From positions 57,476,001 to 57,540,000 of the forward strand of contig NW_024704742.1 of NCBI RefSeq assembly GCF_018977255.1: a DNA stretch of 64,000 bases, given 5' to 3'. Source of the DNA: Callorhinchus milii (Eukaryota). A program made the translations under genes and the position numbers. Numbering within the stretch: the first letter of the stretch is position 1; each line of letters starts with the position of its first letter. The notes below the pieces were generated by a model. That model had not been told where the DNA came from. It saw only the letters and a program-made list of their open reading frames with translations, and made no database searches. Below are positions 37,201 to 49,200 of this stretch, piece after piece.

Positions 37201-40200
37201 GCCGAACCAGGGGGAGGAAGGTGTCCAAAGGCGCGATCGAAAAGAAAGGTCTTCAGCAGACACCTGAAAATGGAAAGGGAGGGAACGAGACAAAGAGAGT
37301 GAGGAAGGCAGTTCCAGAGCCTCGGGGCATAGTGGCTGAAGGCACGGCTGCCGAGAGTGGAACGGAGATCTTGGGGGACGAGGAGGAGGCCAGACCCGGA
37401 GGAACGAAGGCAACGGGTACTGTTTTGAGGAGAGAGGAGGTCAGAGAGATAGAAGGGTGCAGAGGAGTGCAGGACTTGAATACAAGGGTGAGGATCTTGA
37501 AAATGATCCTCTCTGGGACAGGCAGCCAATGCAGTCTGGTAAGGACTGGGGTGATCGGAGAGCGGAGTTTCGTGCGGGTGAGAATGCGGACATCTGCACA
37601 AACGGCTTTTCCTCCTCCGCTCTCACCCGGTTACCTGCAGGGTACCCCAAGGATCCATCCTTGGCCCCCTCCTCTTTCTGATCTATACTCTCCCTCTTGG
37701 ATGTCATCCGCAGACATGGGGTACACTTCCACATGTATGCAGTTGACACCCAACTCTATTTTTCCACCTCACTTTGCGACCCCCAGTCCCCTGATATTCT
37801 GTCAGCCTGCCTGTCAGACATCAGGAGCTGGATGAGCACAAATTTCCTTCAGCTGAACGTTGACAAAACGGGAGCCATACTCTTTGGCTCTCATCAATGT
37901 CTAAAATCGCACGGCTCTCACCTCCTCTACCTACTCGACCTCCCCCTAAACTCTCCAAACCGTACGCAACCTAGGCGTCAGGTTCGAGCCCCAATTATCC
38001 TTCCTCCCCCACATCCATTCCCACACTAGCACCGCTTTCTTCCACCTCCGACGCATCGCTCGTCTCCGCCAATAGCTTACTCCAAAAGCCGCTGCAACTC
38101 TGGTCCATGCCTTTGTCAGCTCTTGGCTGAACTACTCAAATGCCCTCCTCGCCGGTCTCCCATCCACTACCATCCATAAAATCCAGGTCATACAAAACTC
38201 CGCCGCCCGCATTCTCACCCGCATCAAACTCTGCTCCCCGATCACCCCGGTCCTTGCCAGACTGCACTGGCTGCCTGTCCCAGAGAGGATTGACTTCAAG
38301 ATCCTCACCCTTGTATTCAAATCCCTCCACTCCTCTGCACACTCCTACTTCTCTGACCTCCTCTCTCCTCACAACAATGCCCGTTGCCTTCGTTCCACCG
38401 GGTCTGGCCTCCTCCTTGTCCCCCAAGTCCTTCGCTCCACCCTCGGCAGCCGTGCCTTCAGCCACTATATCCAGAGGCTCTGAAACTCCCTTCCTCACTC
38501 CCTTCGCCTCACCCCCTCTCTTCCTATTTTCAGGTCTTGTCTCAAGACTTTTCTTTTTGACCGCGCCTTTGGTCACCTTCCTCTCCCTCCCTCTGGCTCG
38601 GCCCCGGGATCCTTTACTGTGAAGCGCTCTGAGGCACCGTCCGGTGTGGAAGGCGCTCTATAAATCCAAGTTGTTGTTGTTTAAGATCCCATGTCACTGT
38701 TCAAAAAGAGAAGTGCATTTCTTCAAGTGTCTTGGTCACTAATCTCCCTAATAGAATTGATCATTCACTTCCTGACTGTTTGTGAGACATTGCTGTTTAC
38801 AAATTGGCTACCATGCTCACGTACAAAGATTGTATGCAGTCACTTACAGTAAAATCCTGTGAAACACTTTAAGATGTCTTGATGATGTGGTAAAATGCTA
38901 CATCAAATGCAAGGATTATTATTATCTTAGGTGCTTGGCAGTTTTTGTTTTAAAAATTGTCACAACTTAGTTTAAGTAATAAAAAGGAAAAAGGCAGGAA
39001 CAGCTGAGATGAAGACTGAAATAATACTTGTAGACCAGAGGTGAGGGAAAGGATAACATATCACCCTATTTGAGCTACTCTCTCAGTAATGCTGATAGTT
39101 TGAAGAGTTTCTGAACAATTGTATACAGGAATAAAACCAGAAAGCTAAATGATTGGTACCTACCTTAGGCTGCCTTCCCATATTAGTTTGCTGTTTAAGG
39201 ATGTCTGAATATAAAAAGGTGCTTTAGCTGTTTTGTTGATAGCCAGTGTATTTGTTGAATAAAAGATAACTTCCACTATGCAGAATTGGATTACGCTATT
39301 CTCTCCGGTGTCAGAATCAGTGGCCTAAGCTCAGAAAAGGGAAAACTGCACAGTTAATCAGAATCATAGGGTTGTCTGTAGGGTGATAGTTTATGCTGGC
39401 ATTAAATAAGAAAGAAGAAAAAGGGTCCATTATCTTAAGCCCATTTTTTAAATTACAGATCACAACATGTCACATTAAATTCTTCAGATAGTGCATTATA
39501 TTTCAAACGCATAAAACAAAATTCAAGAATTATGATAAGTAAACGTCTCTTACCTGAAACACTGTCACCTCAATTCCATCAGTGATAAACTCAGAGACAA
39601 CAACTGAAGTAAAACGAGGATCAGAAGTTAATCTCAATTTAGAATGCGCAATTAAAAATGACAATAGCACCTTTCAATTCGGGAGGACATGTCAAAGCAC
39701 TTCAGATAGCTGACTGGGAACTTGAGCTGGGGGTGCGGAACAGAAAGGGTGGGGGCAGTGGGAAGGTGGCAGAACCAGGGATGGGGTGGGGGCAAAGAGG
39801 TGGGACTCTGGGAAGGAGTTCCAGAGAATTGGGCTCCAGAATGAAAACTTAACAATGTTTTGATTAAAATTATTTAAGAACAAATTGATATAATTCTAAA
39901 GCTAGTAGCTGGGTATAAGAAACTGAAACACTTTCTCCAAATTAAAAAATTTCTAAGTTTCTGCACAACCTGAAATTTTAAGACAATGGTATTAAGGATG
40001 AAAGCATGAGAAATGCTGTGCCTACAGAACTCAGACCTTTGGTATTGGACTTTGTAAAGTTGGCAATCTTAAAGATTACTGACATGCCAGCGTCAATGAA
40101 TTGCACATGATTTTCAGAAAATAATTATAATAGTCTTACATTTGATATAGCACCTTTCATGTTGGGAGGATGTCTGGATTTACTGTAATATATTGTGACT

Positions 40201-43200
40201 ATATTTTGTAGGCAAACATGGCAACTAATCTGTATATAGCAATGTCTCACAAACAGCTGTGAAGTGAATAATCAATTTTATCTGGGGGTGATTGGCCAGG
40301 ATACCAGGAGAAATTCCCTTCTCTTTTTTTGAATAGTGCCATGGGATCTTTAACAGTCACTTGAGCAGGCCAATGTGACTTTGGTTTAATATCTTATTTG
40401 AAATACAGCACTTCCAACAATGCAACACATCCCCAGCACTGCATTGGTATCAGCTGTCCATGGACAATTTGAAGTCCCAAGTTAAGATAGCCCAGAATAG
40501 TTGGAAATTAAGTCTTAGTTTGGAAATCAATTCTTTTTAAGAAAATGCACAAAATCAGTTTCAAAATTAAGCCTGACTGGAATTAAATGGTTTTGCAGGC
40601 TAGGATTGGCTGGAATTTCTGATCTCAAAGCTTCAAGAAAAATTTTCAACATTATTTTTCAGGTTGAAACAAATTTGTATTAATTTGCCTTCTAAATCCA
40701 AGCTGGTTGTTTCTGATTAAATTATTCATATACAGCTATTCCTTCAGCCTGCCTTTGGAATAAATTCCATTATGTTATGTATTATTGATGTTAATTAAGA
40801 GATCTGAAAATTCCTTCAGTCATTTTTGTCACTCTTTAAATAAAGTACTACATTTCCCTGATTCCAGGCCTGAGGAAACTTATCCATGCTTATCAATTCT
40901 TCCACGAGGATGTGGAGTTTTCTGCTAAAAGTGATGTTCAGGTTGTGTTTTTGGAACAATTGTATCTTCCATTCCCAAATCATTACCATATCCAGTCTTG
41001 ACACCCCTAGAATTATTTGTCAATGGTAATCATATGCCTCAATAAGTGAAAAGCTCTTCTTTTCCCCACATCTGATGATAATAGATGCATTTGATATTGT
41101 GCCTTATGTTATCGAAATGTCTCAAAGCGCTTCACAGGATTTACTGTAAAATGTAGTGATTGTGTATTTTGCAGATAATATTCAACACTTACCACTTTTA
41201 TTTGCCATTCTTGAGAAGATTGGTTCATTGTCATTTTGATCAACAATAACAATTTTAATAAATCCTGTACGAGAAAGTTATGAGTCAATGATAATTCACT
41301 TAAAGTGTAGCAAATTCAAAAAAGTGCTTTGGTACGCAATCTTCATATACAGCAGATACTTTTAAGCAATGGATGATGAGAATGCACTTTGTAGAGTCCT
41401 TGTATAGAAAAGATTAAAAATACTAGGATCTGCTTTATTCTGGGCACTGGCATTTGCGATCGTTATCTATACACAACTATTTGTTATAAAGTGGCATAAT
41501 TAACAGCATGAAATTATCTGTATTGCCATTGTGTGGCACTATATTTGGTCAATATTGTATTTTGCATGTTCATGGATGGACAGCACATAACTATCAGCAT
41601 CAGAATGAATGCAAAAATGTTAATATTAATGAACTGTTCTGTGGCCTGGAATTCAAAGTTGCCTTTGCAATAATAATGATCCTCACATTATAATTAAGCA
41701 GGTCACCCCAGTAATAAGTCTCACATTAGATATAACGTCTTTCATACCGGAAGGACATTTAAAAATGCTTCCCAAGGTTTAACTGTAAATCTAGTGATTG
41801 TACATTTTGTAGATGAATTTTAATGCTTTAAGTAATACTCTATCTTAAGTAGCACTTCTAATAATTTGGTAGTTTGGGGCCATTGATATGTTGTAAAATG
41901 TGCCCATGTATAAGAGTTATACTTAACTGAGTGATGGACATAGGTAAAAAGAAACAATTCCATCTTTAGAAAATACTCAACAAATTCAGCCACCATTTTC
42001 TGAACTCCTGAATTTGTCCCATTTAAACAGTTTTTGGAATCAGCACTTTACCAGTTTCTGCACTATTTCCTGTGCAAGACCTTACCTTCATCACTCATAC
42101 TTGAACCAAATACAGTGTTGTTGTCCACGGCTTGCACTCTTAGTTGAACAATCTGAACCTCTTCATAGTCAACAGAACCACTGTAATACAGAGATCCAGA
42201 GCGCTCCATCACTTGAAACCAACCTTCGCAGATTGAACTGCTCAGCCTGACCTCTGCTTCATTAAGACACTCAGCTCCTCTCACAAAGAAGTGAAGTTCA
42301 GCATCTGTGTCAGCATCAAAAGCCTGAATGGTCATAACTGTTGCGTTGATTCTTCCATTTTCACTTGCGAGCACATCAGAAAGAGAACTGGCAACCAAAA
42401 CAGGAGGCTCATCATTTACGTCTAATATTTCCACTTCGATTACCGTATATCCAGTGTTGGGATCAAACCCCAAATCAATTGCTGCTATGATCAGTTTATA
42501 ATTGTGGGGCCCTCCATCATGATCGAGTCTCGAGTCTGGGTTTAAACAGACACATGCAGCAATTTGATGCCCACCACCTTTCTCAGTTCGGAGAATAAAC
42601 TGTTCTCTTGCCCCCTCTTCAATTCTGTACGTCACTAGATGATTCGGCTCAGTTGCATCACTGTCTGATGCCAATACTGAAATAATGCATTGATCTGCTG
42701 TAAAGAATGAAGCAAGTTTCCTTTAATGCATTCTCAGAAATAAGCAATCATTTTCTCGTTGAACCATTAACTTTGGTGTCCACGCCATACAGTCTACAAA
42801 CAATGCAAATATATAATTCTTCAGTTTCATCTGTACACTTTAATAATGTACACAGAATTCAAAATGTTTCTACTCGAAAATTTTTCTATATTTGTGTGAT
42901 ATAAATATCAGAAACAACCATTCTTAGTAAACTAGAGTCATGCTAAAGAACACCAATAACAATCTGCATTTATATAGTGTCCTTCACTTAACGTAATGGA
43001 GTGATGCACAAAGATGAGCTGGAGGAGTGACCTCCATGGTTAAAGAGGTAGCTTTTCAGGTAAATTTTGAAAAAAAACCTTCCCTGCTCTCCAAATACCA
43101 CCCCATCTCCAACCTCCCTTTCCTTTACAAGGTCCTGCTACGAGTTGTTGCTTCCCAGCTCCATTCCTTCCTCTCCGCCACTCCCTATTCGAACTCCTCC

Positions 43201-46200
43201 AATTGGGTTTCTATGCTGCCCATTACCCATCCCTCTCCACCAAACTCAACATCCTCGCCCCCCTCACCTCCCAAACTGCCTCCTATTCCCAATCCTCACC
43301 CTGGTTCACCAGCCACCTCCGCTCACTTAAGGGCCAGGTGCGGTCTGCCGAACGCATTTGGCTCAAACCCGGCCTAACAGTCCACCGCCACATCTGGCTG
43401 GACCTCATCAAGACCTACCACTCCGCTCTCGCCTCAGCCGAATCATCCTTCTATTCCAGGTTAATCCTGGAGGCGAAGGGCAACCCCAGGCTCCTGTTCT
43501 CCACCACTAACCGGCTCCTCCCCCCTCCCTGACACGTCTTGCAGATTCTTTCCTCTGATTCTCAGTGCGAGAAAATGCTGGACGTCCTCAAGTCCAAAAT
43601 TGAGGGAATCCGCTCAGCTGCCACTTCCAACCCCTCCCTATCCACACCCCACATAATTACCTATCCGACAATTACCCATCCCTCCTTCCACACCTTTGAA
43701 TCTGTCACACCCTCCTCTGTCTTCACCACCGTAACCTCCGTGAAGCCCACCACCTGCTCCCTCGACCCCATCCCCACCCCTCTCCTTAAATCCCAGCTCC
43801 ACCACCTTGCCCCACTACTCGCCGACATCATTAACCTCTCCCTGTCATCTGGCACTGTTCCTTCCCCCTCATAAAAGCCACTATCAACCCCAATTTGAAG
43901 AAACCTTCCCCTTGACCCATCACAGCTATCTAGCTACCGGTCCATCACATCTCCCATTCCTATCCAAGGTCCTTGAGAAAGCCATTACCTCCCAGCTTCG
44001 CTCTTTCCTCTCCTCTCACTCCCTCCTTAAACCCCTCCAATCAGGTTTCTGTGCTGTCCCCAGCATGGAAACTGCTCTGGTCAAGGTCACAAACGACATC
44101 CTGACCATGTGTGACCAGGCTCCTTCTGCCTCCTCATCCTCCTCGACCTCTCCACAGCCTTTGACACCGTGGACCACTCAATCCTCCTCCACTGCCTCTC
44201 CTCCCACCTCAATCTTCAAGGTTCTGTCCTTGACTGGTGCAGGTCCTACCTTCCACACCATCTCCACTTTGTCGTGGCAAACGGCTTCTCCTTCAGCCCC
44301 TACACCATCTCGTGCGGTGTTCCTCAGGGCTCTGTCCTCAGTCCTCTCCTCTTCACCCTCTACATGCTCCCCCTTGGTGACATCATCCACAGATATGGAG
44401 TAAATTTCCACATGTACGTGGATAACACCCAACTCTACCTCTCTGCCTCCATCCTGAACTCTAGGACTACTGGTGTCCTGACTGATTGCCTGTCTGACAT
44501 CAAGTCCTGGACGAGGGCCAACTTTCTCCAACTCAACGTCAGCAAGACCGAGGCCCTCCGGATTGGCTCGCCCCAGTGCCTCCGCACCTCAGGCGTTGGC
44601 AGAATCAGCCTCCACGGCTGCACACTCAACCTCACTGAGCCAGTCAGGAACCTGGGTGTCTTGTTTGACCCTGAACTGTCCTTTCTCCCCCACATCCGTG
44701 CCATGACCGGCACTGCCTACCACCACCTCTGCAACATTGCCAGACTGCCTCATCCCTCAGGCTGCTGAAATCCTCACCCATGCATTCGTCACATCAAGGC
44801 TCGATTATGGGAACTCCCTCCTCATTGGTCTTCCCAACTCTTCCCTTCCCGTGCTGCGGATCATCCAAAACTCTGCAGTTCGTGTACTTTCACACACCAG
44901 GGTCCATGACCCCATCACTCCCACCCTTGCCCAACTCCACTGGCTCCCCATCCCGCAGTCGATCGAGTTCAAGATTCTCGACCTCACCTTTAAGTCCATC
45001 CATGGCCTTGTTCCCTCCTACCTCTCTGACATGCTGACTCCCTACCAATCTGCCAGCTCCCTCCATTCAGCGGGCTCCGGCCTGCTCCATGTCTCCCGCC
45101 CGACCCACCCAACCATCGGTGGCTGTGCTTTCAGCTTCTCTGCCCCCACACTCTGAACTCTATCCCAAGGACCCTTCGCCTCACTTCCTCCCTTGCCTCC
45201 TTCAAGGCCGGTCTCAAGACCCTTCTCTTCGACCATGCCTTCGGTCTCCCTCCCATCTCTCTGCCTTTCCTCACACTATACCACCCCTTCCCCATGCTCA
45301 GGCTCTGATACCTGACTTTGGGACATCCTCCTGACGTGAAAGGCGCTCTATAAATGTAATTTTGTTGTTGTTGCCCACAGGACAGAAACAGCCTTGGTCA
45401 AACTGACAAATGACAATTTATCCATCTGTGACCAGGGCTCCCTCTGTCTCCTCATCCTCCTTGAACTTTCTGCTGCCTTTAAAACTGTTGACCACTATAT
45501 CCTCCTCCACTGCCTCTCCTCTCACCTCAACCTTCATGGTTCTGTCCTTGACTGGTTTAGATCCTATCTCTCCCCTTTGGACTCCGCCTCTTCAACATGT
45601 ACATGCTCCCTCTTGGTGACATAATTTGCAGACATGGGGTCAACTTCCAAATGTATGCGGATGACACTCAATTCTTTCTCTCTGCCGCCACCCTCGACTC
45701 CAGGACCACTGCTGTCCTGACAGAATGTTTGTCAGACATAAGTCCTGGATGAGAGCTAACTTTCTCCATTTGAACGTCAGCAAGACCAAGTCCCTCCTGA
45801 TTGGCTCCCATCAGCTTCTCCACACCTCAGGCGCTGACAGCATCACCATCCATGAATTCACTCTCCACCTCACTGAGCCAGTCCACAACTTTGGCGTCTT
45901 GTTTGACCCTCTACTGTCCTTTCTACCCCATCCATGCTATGATCTGCTCTACGTTTGCCCACCTCCCCAAGATCACCCGACTCCGCTATCACCTCTCCCC
46001 CCATCATGCATGCATTTATCACATCTAGGCTCGACTATGCCAACTCCCTCCTTGTCAGCCTTCCCAACTCTTCCACAAGCTACATATCATCTAGAAATCT
46101 GCACGTCATGTCCTCTCCTGCACTGGGCTCCATGAGTCTATCGCCCCCACCCTCTAACCTCTGTGATCTGCTATCGATTGTCCACTCCCTCCACTCAGCA

Positions 46201-49200
46201 GTGGTCCCCGTCTGCTAGACGCTCCCCACCTGGTCTGCCCCATCATCGGCGGTCATGCTTTCAGCCTCTCTGCCCCAACCATTTGGAACTCCATCCCACA
46301 TTCCCTTCACCTTACTCCCTCCCTTGCCTCCTTCAGGATCCTCCTCTTCGACCACACCTTTGCGCACCTTCCTACCCTCCCTGCCCTCCACCCCAAAGAT
46401 CCCAACCCCCTGCTCGGATCCAAATCCCTTACAGTCCAGTGCCTTGGGACATCCTCTTGATGTGAAAGATGCTGTAGAAATGCAATATGTCGTTAAAGCC
46501 GAGGAGTTTATAAGTTAATTTGCTAGAATTTTATAGATTGCAATGAACATTTTCCCCACTGTAAATAATTATGATCGTATTTGATTTAGTGCCTGTATTA
46601 TCAAAATATCTAAAAGCGCTTCATAGCCAATTGCTCTAAATTGCAATGACTGTGTTTCTAAGCAAATGTGACAGCCAATATGCACACAGCAATGTTCGAC
46701 AACCAACAACTGAAAAGCCAATTTAACTTGAGGATTTTTGGCCAGCACACTGAGAAAAATAGCTTTCTCTTTTCAAATAGTGTCATAGGATCTTTAACAT
46801 CCACCTGAACAGGCAGACAACCTCAATTTAACATCTCTTCTGAAGGATGACGTCTTGAACAATGCAGTGCAGTATGGAATATCACTCTAGACTATTATGG
46901 GACTTGAGGCTACAATCATCCAATCCAGAGACAAGAGCTATACCATCTAAACCAAGCTGACTGGCGTTGTACTGGTCTATAATTCCAGCCTAATTTTGTT
47001 ACACAGATTGTAAACGTTTGCATAAAACTATTAGCAAAATCATTTCTATTATAGACACAGATCTTACCTCGCTGGCTTTCAGGCACAGCAATGGAAAAAC
47101 TGCTTTGGTTAAAAACTGGTTCATTGTCGTTCATATCCTATAATGTAACACATTAGCAGAGAATTTACATATTATATTAATTGGGTCTGATCAAACAACA
47201 AATTACACTTATATAGTATCCTCACGCAGGGTAGCATCTTGCGGCACCTTTTCTCTCGAAGCAAGAATCACTCATTATTCTGATGTTCCTATCATTTTAC
47301 TCTATTTCTCTGATCTTCAACAACTTGCATTTATACATGCGGGGTAGCGTCCTGGAGAGCTTTTAGTCTTTTAGAGTCTTCTAATCTTTTCATGTTACAT
47401 TTAAAATGGGAACAAACAACACTCTGAATACAAATGGAAAAAAATACAAAATGTGTGTAAAAAAACTGAAGTTTGAAAAGAACACTGAGCATGGAAACAA
47501 TCTTAACCTCTCCGTGGAGTCAATTGAGTGAAATTAATCTTGAGGTAAAATCCTAATAAGAAACAATCTCGGAAGTCAGATTACAGCCTGTAAACAATTC
47601 TCAACTAAATCTTCTGAAAGCAAATGCAATGTAAGGAGGTTCCTGTGTTTTATATGTTCGTTCCTATGGTCAGCTTTCCTGCATTGCTAATCTTTATCTG
47701 ATGCTAAATGAGTAATAAAGTAAATTACATCAAGTAAGCATTTTTCCTTATGTTACAGTTAAATTGCGCATCGTTTAACAGTATGAAGCAGGTTTCATAT
47801 TGCACCAATAAAAGAAATGCACAGTAAAAGGGCAACTTAAGCAATCTGCCTGATTGCAATATAATACTAGTGGAAGAAAAAAACTCTCTGCATTGCAATG
47901 CACCATGTGAATATAAAGCAAGCAATCTCACCATATCTCTTGCAACAACTGTGATGATCATCTCTTTCATCTGACAGTTCTCTAATGAGATTGTAAACAG
48001 CAAAAGTTACAGCTTGGGGCAATTAGTTAAACTAAATGTAAATTGAGTGAATGTGATGTACTATCAGACATACAGTATCTGATGCTAAATGAGTAATCAC
48101 CACATCACCATCACATCAATACATCACCACACAGGTTGTGCACTCATATGCGGGTATGTTGTGTCCAGGGAATGCCAATGGCATTCTTAACTAAGGAGAG
48201 TGAGCAGACAGTATACACTGTCACAATGTGCCCATTGCAATGCCTCAAACGTAGACCTTAATGAGATTTTTCATTATAAATATATGCTGTCAAAGATTAT
48301 TACATTTACTGACCAGCAGTGAAAAAGAATACACAAAGAGTTTATAAAGCTTTCAAGGATGGTGCTGTTGGGGATGGGGGGGAGGAAGGAAAGAACAACC
48401 CACAATAAGGATTATTATTATTATTATAATAAAACGATGCTTGTACAGAAGTTATCGAGAGCATCAATCAGATTTACTGGAGTAAATACTCCACGTCATA
48501 AGGAAACCAGAATTTAAAATATGTTTTATGTACTACCTGGTTATCCTCATTCATCTTCATATCTTCTCATTTATTTCCTATTCTGCTACCCAAATTACCA
48601 ACATCAAACTACAAAACAGTTGGCTAAATATTCCCTGGCAAAATTGATCTACAAAGCACATTCTTAAACATTCCCTTTAATCACTGCAAGTAAGGCCCAC
48701 AAATATTTACTTTTGCTGTCATTTATTATTGTAAGTGTTTTGCTTATCCAGACATCACAAACAAATAGATATTGCCAAGATAAATAAATGAACCCAACAT
48801 TTGGGAGCGGGTCAAGGCATGTGTTTTAGGAATTATTCATTCTCAGCAGCTCAGTAATCCAACAGCCTGAAATCCTACTTTGTGAAACGTGGCTATGCTA
48901 AAACAGGGAAAAAAACAATATTATTCTGTACTGTACCTCCACTATGATAGTAACTTGCGCTGTGGAGCTGAGTGCAGGATTTCCGTTGTCTTTGGCTTGG
49001 ACAGTCAGATTGATAATTCCGTTCAAATAGGCATCCACTGCCTCTCGGTCCAGTGGTTTAACTACAGATATTATTCCAGTAGAATTATTGATGATAAAAT
49101 ATCCAAAGGGATCTCCGCCAGTGATTGTATAAGTAATTTTGCTGTTTGGGGTGTCCTCTTGGTCTCTGTCCAAAGCCTGGGAATAAGATAACAATTCCAG

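Noticed and set aside
36924..37835. 303-aa ORF, the longest in the track
   Set aside because: Chance read-through across an L2, a nested inverted L2 and L2 again; no coherent protein.
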